NCBI RefSeq assembly: GCF_004010195.1
Contig: NC_057719.1
Location: forward strand, 43,926,847 to 43,990,846
Source: Chiloscyllium plagiosum
Lineage: Eukaryota
Direction of reading: 5' to 3'
Length of the DNA stretch: 64,000 bases
The notes below the pieces were generated by a model that made no database searches, was not told the DNA's origin, and worked only from the letters and a program-made list of their open reading frames with translations. Made by a program: the position numbers and the translations under genes. Below are positions 25,641 to 38,177 of this stretch, piece after piece (positions within the stretch are counted from its first letter, which is position 1; each line of letters starts with the position of its first letter).

Positions 25641-26039
25641 TGACTAGTCGTGTGACTGCTAATGTGAGAACTTAACTGGGGTATCTGTGTTGCTACCAGT
25701 TTCAGTAAAGTCAGAGAAAAGTTAAGAGTGGTGTTTTGAGCACCCATAATATGGTGTCAGAAGATTAGCTGAGAATGAGTGGTGGAGGGCTGTTAAAAAG
25801 CACAGCTACTGACAAAGGCACAGAAATGTTCAAACCTGTGAAAGCTACTTCAAGTAACTGAAAGAAACTGAAGAAGAATGAAAAAGCATGCCACAGCTGA
25901 AACATAGTGTAAGGCATGATGAAGCATTTTTTTCTCTCCTATAAGTGGCCTAAATGAAAGATTTTATGTAATGGAACTGGCAGTTTTCTTATGTGCATTA
26001 CACAATTCTATAATTACAATAGACCTACTTAACAAACCA

Positions 26040-26285
26040 GGTAAAATTGTTGCTACCTTCCCCCACCCTCCTCCCTGACCTATCACCTTCATCCCCACCC
26101 CCACTCACCTATTGTACTCTATGCTACTTTCTCCCCACCCCTACCCTCCTCTCATTTATCTCTCCACTCTTCAGGCACTCTGCCTCTATTCCTGATGAAG
26201 GGTTTTTGCCCGAAACATCGATTTTCCTGCTCCTCGGATGCTGCCTGAACTGCTGTGCTTTTCCAGCACCACTCTAATCCAGAAT
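26040..26285 (+). mobile_element. Penelope-like 3' fragment (family B) with hammerhead motif
   Basis: CTGATGA-AGGGTTTTTGCCC-GAAACATC at 26192-26219; perfect 15-bp TSD CTACTTAACAAACCA at 26025-26039 and 26286-26300. Confidence 0.8.
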
Positions 26286-26399
26286 CTACTTAACAAACCA
26301 AAGTAGCTAAGAGTAGCTACATTTTTATCATTGTTGGGAATAGATTATTTTGAAGTGTATCCACCCAGAATTTCTCAGAATAAAAGAAGAAAAAAAATA

Positions 26400-26760
26400 G
26401 CCAAAATTTTGAAAGCCCTTAAGACATGTTTTGAATCCCAAGTGATTTCAACTTTTGTATACTCCATATTCATTATTTGGGCCCAGTTTAAACAAGAGTT
26501 CATTGATTGATAAGTGAAGTCATTAATGTAGCTGACAATATTTTGTGACTTTGCTTAACGTTAATCTGATTTAATTAACAACAGGTTTGTATTGAGATAA
26601 GAGCACAATGAAAGCAGATCTACTCAGAGAGGAGAAACCTACTCTCGGGAAAGCAGTAAACATGTCCAGAAGCATTGAGGCTGTAGATAAATAATTAAAG
26701 CAGAAATATGTTAGAACAGACCAGGTTTTGCATTATACTGAACATGCCCAATCCCTACTC
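26400..26760 (+). mobile_element. Possible decayed Gypsy-type LTR retrotransposon gag remnant
   Basis: Partial translation ADLLREEKPTLGKAVNMSRSIEA resembles the LLRE..LTL.KA...CR..E gag motif; heavily degraded. Confidence 0.35.
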
Positions 26761-26972
26761 TTAGATCAAACAATGCTCTTGACTGATAGTGGCAGTACTC
26801 TTACTGACAACAGTCCTCCTAAGGACTATTCCCCTTAAACACTGAGCAATGGCCATTGGTTGAAGCACATTCCGTATGTTGCATAAGTTGCTGGCACAGA
26901 CTGCAGGTGTGACATTGATGAAGCACGATGTCATACTGTTGACTGATCATATAGTGACAACCACAATAAACT

Positions 26973-27008
26973 ATTCCTGATGAAGGGCTTTTGCCCGAAA
27001 CGTCGATT
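26973..27008 (+). ncRNA. Minimal type I hammerhead ribozyme (family B)
   Basis: AUUC-CUGAUGA-A-GGGC-UUUU-GCCC-GAAA-CG-UC/GAUU: canonical core, GUC cleavage triplet, palindromic ACGU stem III. Confidence 0.85.
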
Positions 27009-27070
27009 TTCCTGCTCCTCGGATACTGCCTGAACTGCTGTGCTTTTCCAGCACCACTCTAATCTAGAAG
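26973..27070 (+). mobile_element. 98-nt Penelope-like insert consisting of a hammerhead plus terminus
   Basis: Perfect 11-bp TSD CACAATAAACT at 26962-26972 and 27071-27081. Confidence 0.85.
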
Positions 27071-29113
27071 CACAATAAACTGCCTGGCTTTGTGCCTGCA
27101 CTAAAAGGCAAATTGCGACAGAATTACGGTGAGCTCTGATAGATGCAGCAATGCTCAAAAAGGCAAATGACAGTAAAGGTGACCATTCAAGCAAGCATAA
27201 AATGAGTGAGCACTATAAAAGCAACTGAGAAGTGTGAAATGGGTGCCTCTGTGAGCAATGGCTTAGCAGTAGCATTTAAAGGTGTTTGTTGGCTCCAGAG
27301 TGTAAAACTGAAGTGGTGAACTCTTATTGTGAGGATACCAGTATAATGTGGTGACTTAGTGCATATCCAATGTCAACCTCCAAGAATGGGGCTGGGAATT
27401 GGGCATCTGGGTGTTCTAGTGGTCGCTGTCCATGGAATGTGCCTGAGATGTTAGAGAATGCTAACAGAGACAAACACCTGAGGAGAGATCTGCATCTGCC
27501 AGGTATTTGCTCAGATTTTCATATTAGCAATTCTTGTTATTTAGCTTCTCTGCACTGCCTGAGAAGATAGCAAACTGCATATAATGAGATGAGATTCAGA
27601 AATAGCAAGATGTAATTGAATTTAAATGGACCCTAAGCCACTCCGTAGCAAGATTCCCAATCAGACTGTTTTTTCTCTCGATATCAAGAATTTCAATTTT
27701 CGACCTTGTCATTTTGTCTTCACTCACCATTGTTACAGTATTCAGGGCTGTGTGGATTGCCCCCTAAGTTAATTTAAACAACCATATTTCAGTCCAAAGT
27801 GGCTCTAAATATAAAAATGGTCAAAGTGAAGGACTAAGATTGAGGTGGAGGAAGAATAGGTGTGCTTATACTTGAACTTAGGAATCTTTAATATTAAACT
27901 GGAAATTTAATGCCTCCCACTCCTATTTTGATAGGCACATAATGCAACAAAAATGTGGAAAGTAGTTACAAATTCTGAGCAGTGATGTGCATAGATATAA
28001 TATTTTTGGTACTATTATCAGTCTATTTCTAATGGCAGAGCATAAGACTGACTGTGGTCCTCTGGTGAAGAATGTTAGAATACGAACATAATTGGATTAG
28101 AAAGCATGAATGTAATTCAGTCTACATTGTGAAGTTTTACACTTTGTTCATAGTTTTATGTTTCAATTGTGAATGAAAGATTTACAGCATATCAAGTTTA
28201 GGATGGTGCTTCCTAATTCTTGATTGAGCAATCAATACTGCTGCCCATCATGTTATACAAGCATTGTACTGCTCACTATTAGATCAATTTGATGCCACTG
28301 TCCTCTCTGTGTACAGATGTAAAGGGCTTGCTTCAACTAGTATAGTGGAGGAAAGTTACCTGATAGTCTGAAGAGAAGAGGCTCTTGTTTTAAACAAGAT
28401 GTAGTTTATTACATGGGAACAACTAGGTACACATTACATTGAAGCGATAAACATAGTCAGAGATGATGAGGAAGGTCTAGTTGTTACATCTCACTCCTTT
28501 AAACTGTTTTCCCACCATGTCAAAATGAAACCATCATAGTGGTGGGCACATCTCTGCATTAACACTTCCAGACTCTTACACTCTTCTACAACAAACATGG
28601 AACATCCTAAGGGAAAAAAAATGACAATAAGTTGTGAAAATAAATTATAAAGATATTACACACACATATATACTGAATAAGAAGTAACAGCTACAGCGGT
28701 GAATTGAAGGAACTGATTACCTCAGTTGGATAGATGGCTACGTTGTTCAAGATTATGCCAACAGCAGAGAATTGATTCCTGCTCTGGCTGAGGTAAACAT
28801 GGGACATGCCTCTTCACCCCACAACTGACAAAGATTGCCAAGAATATGGTTCATAATGAAGCATCAGCATACAATGAGACATCTGGCTTTTGACAGAGCA
28901 CATTAGAGAAATGTAACAGGATTCAAATATTGTCTTCAGAATGGATAGTTAATATTATTGGATAATTAGGTTCCCAATTTAATATTTTTCATGATTACAC
29001 ATATTTATCTGTAAAAGAGATCTTACATTTAAGTTGGACCTTCACACGGGCTGTTACTATTAAAGAAGAGCTTTATGTGATTTCCAAAAAGAGCAGTAGG
29101 ACTAACAGACAGT

Positions 29114-29355
29114 ATAATTTAAATGTCACCTACCCAACCTTTTCAATTTCTTTACTTAATTCCGTCTTCTTGATTAAGTTTGAAACAGAATTCAAAGAGC
29201 ACATCTTGAGAAAGCTGCCTGACCTGCTGTGCTGTTCCAGCAATAAAGTTTCAACATAATTTAAATGTCACCTATCCAACCTTTTCAATTTCTTTACTTA
29301 ATTCCGTCTTCTTGATTAAGTTTGAAACAGAATTCAAAGAGCACATCTTGAGAAA
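29114..29355. repeat. 100-bp direct duplication flanking a 42-nt Penelope-like fragment
   Basis: 29114-29213 and 29256-29355 are identical except at one base; spacer gctgcctgacctgctgtgctgttccagcaataaagtttcaac. Confidence 0.92.
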
Positions 29356-29619
29356 TATTTCAAATGACAATCTTCCATGAGTTTCCAACATTAACAAATT
29401 ACACTTAAATAACACCTTCAACATACAGAAATGTCTGGAGCAACATACAATATAGAAATTTGGAGATAGAAATTTGGCCAATAGCTCAGTCAGAAATACA
29501 AGTTTGAAGGAAGGTTTTAGGGAAAATGTCCAGAGTGTAATGTTGAGGCTGTTGAAACATTGGCTGGCAATAATGGTTAGAAGGGAGAATGTAGAAACAA
29601 AAAGCAGCATCAGAGAAAC

Positions 29620-30625
29620 ATACAAACAAATGACTTAGGAGCAGAAGTACACCATTTGGTCTTTCAAACCTGCTTCCATTCATTAGGGTCATAGATATGT
29701 TTGTATTCTGAATTCCACATTCCCATCTACTCCCAACAGCCTTTGATTCCCCAGCAATAATATGAAGTTATCTGCCTCTGTCTTAAAAATATTTAATGGC
29801 TTGGCCTCCCCTGAGGCAGACAATTCTAAAGTCACACAACCAACAGAGAAAACAAAATTCTCATAAAATCTGTCCTAAAAGGGTGATCCCTAATTTTAAA
29901 CCAGTACCTTGTAGTTCTGGACAAGAGGAAATTCCTTTTCATATCCACCTTATTCAGAATCCTATTTACTTCAATCAGGTCACTCCTCACTCTTCCAAAT
30001 TCCAGTATAAACAAGCCCAGCTTGTCCAATCCATCCTCATAAGACCACCCATTCATTCTATGTATCAATGTAGTAAAACTCCTCTGCACAAACTCCATTT
30101 ACAAACGAGGAGACCAAAACTACGTTCAGAATACAAGACTTCCCTAACACCTGTATAACAGAAACATAACACCCCTACTTTTATGTTCAATTCCCCTGGT
30201 AATGAAGGATAACATCCCGTAAGTCTTCTTGCCTCTGGGCTGTAGCTGCATATCAACATTTTGTAACTCATGCACTAGGACATCTAAATTCCTCTGCACC
30301 ACAGAATTCCACTGTCATTATCCATTTAAATTATACTCCGCTTTTAATTCCTCCTGCTAAAATGAACTTCACATTTTCCCATATCATGTGACATTTGCCT
30401 GATTTTTGCCCAGTCAACCTAACTATATCTGTCTGCAACCAATAGCTTGGTCATATCTCCTTCACAATATACATTCCTACTTGTACAGGTATCACCTGTG
30501 AATTTAGCTACCATGCTTTCATTTCTTCACCTAAGTAATTGATATAAAAATTGAGGCATGAACGCAGACCCTTGCAGGATATCATTCATCATGTCATGTG
30601 AATCAGAGATACATTCATTTATGCA
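29620..30625 (-). mobile_element. Degraded CR1 LINE fragment
   Basis: Minus-strand remnant VQRSFTTLI...SYEDGLDKLGLFILEFGRVRSDLIEV and a CR1-like 3' UTR. Confidence 0.7.
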
Positions 30626-31169
30626 CAAGAAAGGTCTCCTTGGACAATGGCTTGCTCTAGGGCTGTGGGAGGTTGGAAGTAATGAGAAATGAGACAATTG
30701 AGAAGTTTAAATATAGATGAAAACCTGAATTTTGCATCTGAATTAAAAGTAGCAATGCCACATTTCAATGTTACAATGTTGTCAAAATAGTAAGAGAACC
30801 TAGTGCTAAAGATACTCTGGCTATGAATATGTAGCCATAGTCTAACATTTTATCCAGAAGGCACAATCCCAATGAATTTTTGAGCTTAAGGTAAATCTAG
30901 GTGTTGAGCTTAACTCAATGTTGTAGTTCCATATCACATCTGTGAAATCTCTGTTGAACGATGCAAAAAAATTAAAACTTTGTGTCATCGTCATTTAAGT
31001 TGAATGTCTAAAGTTCTAAATTGTCCCATCTCAATTTGGAGGGTTTAACACTGATTAGCAAAGGAAAATAGGGAAAATCACCTTCTTTTCATCACTGTGA
31101 CTTTCACTTTTATGATTTCAAATAGATATAAAATTTTCAAATATGGGCTACACATAATGATTTATATGT

Positions 31170-32238
31170 GTATTTATTCTATAAATATTATTCCTATAAT
31201 AAAGTCTATTTAAAAAGCAGAGTTTTATGCAGCTTCAAGTTTGGGTTTAATGCAACTGAAAAAAATTGTTTTTCTATAAACTAGCAGTCAGTATTCATTT
31301 TATGGGAATAACTACTGCTTTAAACAGCTGGGATTTTAATTATCCAGATCAAGTCATGAGAAGTACTGGATTCTTTATCAACAGACAGAGCTACCTTGTT
31401 GAAACTTTATACTTAAAGTTTATAAAAATCATATACAAGTAACGTGTATGATATTAGTTTGAACGTAAGAGGTTTTGTCTTCTGTAACACAAATAATGTT
31501 TATTTAGTACAAAATTAAATATTAGGCATGACACATCTTGAAATTCTGCAAGTTAACAGATCTTCCAGGAATTTGAAATGTGAATACTGTCACAGGCTCA
31601 ATTGGATTGTTCTGCATAGTAAAACATTAAATAACAGTATTTACATTATTTTCTCAAGAACACATGACTTTTTCATTGATTCACATTTACATTCTAACAT
31701 ACAAACTATACAAGTTACACATCCACAATCTTTCATTATGTTTAAATTATCAGCAGTAATACATTAGATAATACAGAAGCCAGAGTTGGTCATATTTACA
31801 GATACATTTATTTTCAGAATGCCAGCATATCAACTGCATCTGATTGGCTTTTACTCCTAGTTATAGCATTCTTTGGCCCGAGATGTTTAAAACTTAATCA
31901 AACCAAATATTTTATTCGTAAACATTTTTCTTAAAAAAATCGACATGCTCTCCAAAGAGTAAGTAGCACTTCATTTCTGATTATTGAACATATAATTTAT
32001 TTTGGAAATTAAATAATGAGTAGTGAAGTGCACCAATCTTTTGAAACCAACAGTTTAGGGCAGTATTTTGTAATACTTGTCCAGCACCTTTATCTATGAT
32101 TTCTTTCTAAAATTCACAAAATAAGTCCTGGAAAAACTAAGCACTTGGTAACAGAAATATTCATCTGATAAAGTGCATTAGTGTTTCAAATGTTGTGATT
32201 CTTTGCTATATATCATATGATCTTTTAAATAGAATGTG
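31170..32238 (-). other. NIN: Probable NIN 3' UTR with candidate poly(A) signals
   Basis: AT-rich sequence with no recognisable repeats after the stop; AATAAA on the minus strand at about 31996, 31911, 31807, 31499 and 31173. The true 3' end cannot be determined. Confidence 0.5.
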
Positions 32239-32451
32239 TTAGGTTGAATAACGGGTTGAGGCCATAGACAATGATGATGCTGATAGGTCCTTGAGAATTT
32301 TATTAAGGCCTGCAATGTTTTCTTCAAGCAGGTAGTTTTTTTTCTCTGTTGTCTTCTGTCTCTGTTCAGACATTTCAAGGGCCTTGAGGAGTTGAGCATT
32401 TTCAACATATAAATCTTTGACTTTTTCATCTGCTTTAGCATTCTTGGACAG
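32239..32451 (-). CDS. NIN: Ninein terminal coding exon (canonical long C-terminus)
   Basis: LSKNAKADEKVKDLYVENAQLLKALEMSEQRQKTTEKKNYLLEENIAGLNKILKDLSASSLSMASTRYST*; the KDLYVENAQLLKALE motif is characteristic of ninein-family C-termini. Acceptor tttacag| at 32452-32453. Confidence 0.95.
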   Translation of the reverse strand: MSKNAKADEKVKDLYVENAQLLKALEMSEQRQKTTEKKNYLLEENIAGLNKILKDLSASSLSMASTRYST

Positions 32452-33128
32452 CTGTAAAGCAACAGTAACTAAAGTTAAAAAAAAACACACTATTATCTCT
32501 GTTGTCTGTTTAAAGAGATTTACATTAGAAAAATCTTTTTTTAAGTTTTACCAGGGCCAAGCTACAAGGTCCTGGTAAGGGGGACGAGAGAATTGGAGAG
32601 CTACTGTAGAAAGACAATGGGGAGGTAACCTTTGATGGGGGATTAATATCAGATCCAGGGAACATGTTAAGAAGGGGCACCAACAACCTGCTAGGGGAAA
32701 GCTGCCTGACTGCTTGTTAAGTATATGCCTTCCTTGACCGATTGGATCTTGGCAACGGTGACCTGAAACCTTTATGTGGCCACTGACTGTTTGCTTAGGG
32801 GCCTCAAAATGACATTACCCCACCCCTCACCCCCAGTGCTGGCTAAATTGCAACAGATGTGGATGGGCAGATTTGTGGAGGACATGTGCCTGCTGGAATT
32901 AATGCCCACACCTACCCATTTCAAACCAGTTGGTGAAGGAGCATTAAATCTAGCTTTATGTTTTTCTTTAATTTAAAAATAAATGCCAGGTTAAAGTATT
33001 GTATATTCCTTTTTTTTGGAAAGAAGTAGAGTTGAAATCTATTACAACATTATCTCATGTTTTAACAGTAATTGAAAATTAGCAATCTAACTCTATTCAT
33101 GAAAGTCTAATTATTAAGCACAACTTAC

Positions 33129-33242
33129 TTGTTCTTTCTGTTGCATGACTTTGTCCTGAAGAAGTAACTTCATGTTCCTTAACTTATTTTCAACATCTTG
33201 CATCCTTTCTTCCATCTTTTTTAGCAGTCGTTCATATGCCTC
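33129..33242 (-). CDS. NIN: Ninein coding exon
   Basis: EAYERLLKKMEERMQDVENKLRNMKLLLQDKVMQQKEQ; tttag| ... |gtaagt; 114 nt, phase 0/0. Confidence 0.93.
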
Positions 33243-35107
33243 CTAAACAATAAAAATTAAACTTACTTCTAATTGTTAAAAAATTATAACAAAATCCTTA
33301 AAATATAGATAACATTTGATGGAAGAAGAGTTCTAATGCTACATGTTTGAACTTCTGCCAAAACAAAACTAAAATGGAAAGCACTATGCTTATGGTATTG
33401 TACACTTTGCTGAAACATTCTCTAAAATATTCCTAAATGACTAATATTTGGAGTGAGAGAAAACTAGGTCAGTTGAGGTTACAAATAAGAGGTCAGAAAG
33501 TTAGGTCAACAACATTTTTGAATTGCTCTAACATTCATTTGAAAGCGAGTTCTGAGTTCAAATCAATTAAGTTGTAACTAACACAAACATTTATGAGATA
33601 AATTAAAAATAAATAACATAAAAAATTTAAATTGAGTAAGGAGATTGTATTGCAGAGAGGCTGGGATTGTGTATCAGTGACACATAAGAACATTAAAGAA
33701 ATTCAACCAGAAGTTCCTAGCCATATTCTGCAGATTCAAATGGCAAGGCTATTGAATGAACACTCATGACTTTCTTGAAGCCAGTTCCATAAGCTTTCAG
33801 GTTAAAACTCCTGCAAAATCAAATTTGATAGATAGAACACTGTGTCCACGCTGAACAACATTTCTATCACCAGGTTCTGTTTTCTCGAATCTTAACTAGC
33901 CTGTGTTCCAGTGGAGGACAAAGAAAGTACTATCCTGACACGCTGCACCATTAACATTCATGACTGTGAAAAACATATCACCAATCTTTCACAAGAATAT
34001 TTCCAAATGTTTCACCTGCCCCACAAACTGCAACGTGCTTTGAGTCCCAATGTCTTACTGATGAGGCTGAGCAGCATCCAAGAAGGAAAGAAAAGGATGC
34101 AAATGTTGCATTTCAGATATTGTGAATATCCCGCCCCGTGTGCCCAAAGATCTGCAGGTTAAGAATCAGCCTGTTAACATCACAAGAAGATTAACAGCAG
34201 AAACTTGTAACCCTGTGTAGACATCATCCTGGAATCAAGGCATAGCTGACTAGTGGAGTTACGTGCATCAACACAGCAATAGAAATCGATTTACCATGGT
34301 TAATGTATACAATGGTTGAGACAAAAAAATTTGAATTGGGAGATTTGATAGTATGGAAATCTGTATACAACATATTTCAAATTGTTTGCACTACATTATT
34401 AATTAAAATGTTGCATCATTTACAGAGAAAAACCAAATTATATAAAAATCACACAGATTCAAATTAAAAACCACAGATTTATTGCAAAACTAAAAAAAGT
34501 GGAAGGGAGGGATCATTGTCAATCAGGAAACTGAAAATGATTATAAAGAAAAGTATTTTCTCATTTAGGCAGTAGGTATACAAAACATTAAAAAATGGAA
34601 TTATTAATAACATCAAAATTCATGTGAAGGTACAGAAAAGAAAGATAAATTTTCAAAATGAGAGGCTAACATTTATAAATCTTTTTTTTCTCAGAACAGG
34701 CACAAATCATGACTATTCATACATTCTCGAAAATACTTATGGTAATAATGTCAAATATAACTCATTGTTCAAAATTTATGGCTGCAAATAAACATAAGAC
34801 AATTTATTCTTGAAGACATGAAATAAATTAAAACAAATTAAATTTATGTGGAAATTGAAAGCTTAAATACATGATTAAGAGTTGTGATGAATACCTACAA
34901 AGCTAGAGAAGTTAAATATTTTCTTAAATAAAATTCAACACACATATTACACAGGACACTTGTACAAAAATTGATCTGATTTCTATGTCAAATACTTAAG
35001 AATAATTTATAACACAATTTATTTCCTCCAAAACTTAAGTGTAAATATTCTTTCAGTTCTGAGAATAATTTTTATTTATGATAAAAAGCTGTTTACAATG
35101 AAAACCT

Positions 35108-35170
35108 TCACAAGTGCCCAATCCTCCTGTAGGTATCAGCATGCACAGCTCGTTGCTCCGGTGGTAGGGC
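35108..35170 (-). CDS. NIN: Ninein alternative stop-containing exon (neuronal-isoform-type C-terminus)
   Basis: Polypyrimidine tract plus acceptor cttccattctttctatag| at 35171-35172, then ALPPEQRAVHADTYRRIGHL-TGA in phase 0. Nearly identical to the human/mouse alternative C-terminus I recall as ALLPEQRAVHADSYRRIGHL, and in the same intron (after ...SNTQQ). Confidence 0.85.
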   Translation of the reverse strand, partial: ALPPEQRAVHADTYRRIGHL

Positions 35171-37091
35171 CTATAGAAAGAATGGAAGTGATGCACTTCA
35201 CCCTGTATTATGTAAGAACTGCCTAAACCCCAACAATTCATTGTTTCAAATCACCAATACAAAACCCATTACAGGCAAAGCAAATTAAACACATATCTGT
35301 TTCAGTAAATTTACCTGCACCAAAATTTAAACTATAACCAGAAAATTGCAATGCTTTGTTTTGATAAAAGCATTTTCTTCATGTATAGGAATAAATGATA
35401 CTTCTGCAAGATAATCACACCAAGGCTGGATCTTTTCATTATGTTCATAATTATCTACATTTTCAGTAGGGGTCCCTTAACATGGGTCAAATTCTGGCAA
35501 ATGCTATCTCCTTAAACCAAGGCACCAAGGCTAACATTACAACCTCCCTTGTGCAAAGCAGTTAATACAGGCAGACTGAAGGTCAAAGTCTGACCTTTCT
35601 GAGTTGCACAGTTTAGTTATTATCAGCTTAATCAGTTGAGTTGAGTCACTGGAGGAGCTCTTGCAAGTAATTTTAATTGATTCAGCTTTCAGATGCAAGC
35701 GTTCAATCTTTTGAATATCCTTTGTTCTCAGAATTCACCTACCTTGTTACTCTACAGAGAAGGAGCTCTCTTTATGCTCACATTTATACAGCTGCTGAAT
35801 TTCATGATTTTTCTGGAGCTCTAGCAAGGTACGTGTGCTGCTAATATGATGTATACAGGCTCTTTGAAATATTTTGCATTGTCACATGCTGATAACTTAA
35901 AGGGCAAACATTTGTGTATGGCATACTTAGGATCTTACAGGAAGCTTTGCAATTAGAGGGAAAGTTAGTATGAATATGTTTCGTTCGCAGTTAACTTCCT
36001 AGGTTTCCTTGGACCATATTCCAACTGCAAACCAAAAGGATATCTCCTATCAATGGTTTATGTTTGGTGGTATGCATATGAACACAACTTATAGATGACT
36101 GATTTTTCTATAACTTGATTAATCAGCCATTATCATCATTTATTTATGTCAATTCAGTTAAAATGGCTGGGTAAATCATGACATGCTAAATTTAGGATAT
36201 ATTTAATATTGGTGAACAATCAAGAATTGCCAAATTACTCTAATGATTGCTCTGAACTTTAAATGGTCTGATTTTTTCATTCACCAGAATGGATGTCGTC
36301 AGCAAGACCTCTGCTAAGCCCAGCTGGTAAGACCAGCTAATGCTACAACAGCTATTCCATTAACATCTATCAATAAAACATGCATTAAAACAGATATGTT
36401 CTATTTTGGGTTTAAAGATAGTTTAACAGACATTAGTACTTTTAAAGGTTATGTGAAAGCGCATGAGTATTACACTTAAACTCATCTCGAGATGAGGAAA
36501 GGCTGTGGGCTTCTGATGACTGGAATGTTGAGTAGATGCATGATAGAGCTGTAAGCTGAGAGATCAGCTGTGTTGCTCAGAATTAAAGATTCCATTCTTT
36601 CATGGAATTAAGATGAAAAATAGTCGAAGCCCTGACAATTGAAGTTCCATCACATTCTAAGTGCCGGAGAATTTTCTTTTGTTGATGATGATCAAAAGCA
36701 TGTGCTCTTATTGCTGATTAAGATCAAATAAACTTAAACACTGAATGAATTAAGAATAAAGTGGCATAATTTAATTATGCAGCTGAAGTATACTTTTATA
36801 AAAGACTAATGATGCCATCAGAAAAAAAACTCCAATAAAATCTCATTTGTCAAGTGTATCAAGAGTATCCTGCAATCTGAGCAATGTATGTGGTATAAAA
36901 TAAACCTATAACCACCGCAATTTTCTTCATCTGAAAACATACAAATGCTGAACTAAATCAACAGCATTCCTTTTCTGATGCAAATAGGCTGGTACAAATG
37001 GAACTAAGTAAACCACACTTTTAGTGTTCCAAGGATTAAAGTAAAAATATTTCATTGAGGTTGGAATAAAAAATGTTTAGTACCACATTGA

Positions 37092-37655
37092 CCATAAGAC
37101 AATAAGATATAGGAGCAGAATGAGGCCATTCAGCCCATCAGATCTGCTCCATCATTCAATCATGGCTGATACGTTTCTCAAACTCATTCTCCTGCCTTCT
37201 CCCCGTAACCCTTGATCCCCTTACTAATTAAGGACCTATCTGAATCTGTCTTAACTACACTCAATGACTTGGCCTCCACAGCCTTCTGCAACAATAAGTT
37301 CAACAGATTTACTACCCTCTGGCTGAAAAAATTCCTCATCTCAATTCTAAAGGGAAGTCCCTTCACTCTGAGGCTGAGCTCTCAGGTCCTACTCTCTCCT
37401 ACTAGTAGAAACATCTTTTCTACGTCTACTCTATCCAGGCCTCTCAGTATTCTGTAAGCTTCAATGAGATCTCCCTCATCCTTCCAAACTCCATAGAGGA
37501 CAGACTCTCAACTGGTCAGAGTTCTCAACTGCTCCTCTAATGAGAGCCCTTCATCCTCAGGATCATTCTTGTAAATGTCACTCCAAAGCCAGCACATCCG
37601 TCCCTACATACGGGACTCAAAACTACTCATAATATTCCAAATGTGGTCTGATCAT
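37092..37655 (-). mobile_element. CR1 LINE 3' fragment
   Basis: FRIEMRNFFSQRVVNL...KGIKGYGEKAG and a (cataagac) tail. Confidence 0.85.
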
Positions 37656-37976
37656 TATTCACACTCCCTGAAAAGCATCAGTAAATATATTGCAGACCTA
37701 ATCTGTTATTTTGTAGTACAAAAATTAAATAATTTCCTTTAAAGAATTGAACACAAATTGTAAAGGAAATGTAAGATTATCGCACAAATTGCCATAATAA
37801 TTTAGAATTTTAATGCTCTTATTGTAATTAACAAAGGATTATTGTCTACTTAAAATCTAAGACAATTATCAGTAAGAATACAAAGTACATCAGCACAGTA
37901 ACTTAGATTTTTCAAAATTACCTGGATTATTTCTAAACATGCAGATGAAATGTTTAGATAATTACTTGGTATTTAC

Positions 37977-38177
37977 CTGTTGTGTATTGCTTTCCATGAC
38001 TTTCTTGTCTAATTGCTCTTGCAGTTGATGACGTTGAACTTCCTCATGGCTTAAACATTGCTGAAGCTGAGCTAATTGGTCTTTTGGAACCATGGTGCAG
38101 ATTTGTTCTCGCAATTGTTGTAGTTCTCGAAGATTCTGTGACTGGCTAAATGTCAGGCTTGAATTTGACTGTAGCAA
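37977..38177 (-). CDS. NIN: Ninein coding exon
   Basis: LLQSNSSLTFSQSQNLRELQQLREQICTMVPKDQLAQLQQ...KVMESNTQQ; ctcag| ... |gtaaat; 201 nt, phase 0/0. Confidence 0.92.

Noticed and set aside
29114..29355. Repeat-spacer-repeat pattern as a CRISPR array
   Set aside because: Only two 100-bp units, eukaryotic context, no cas genes, and the spacer is a retroelement fragment.
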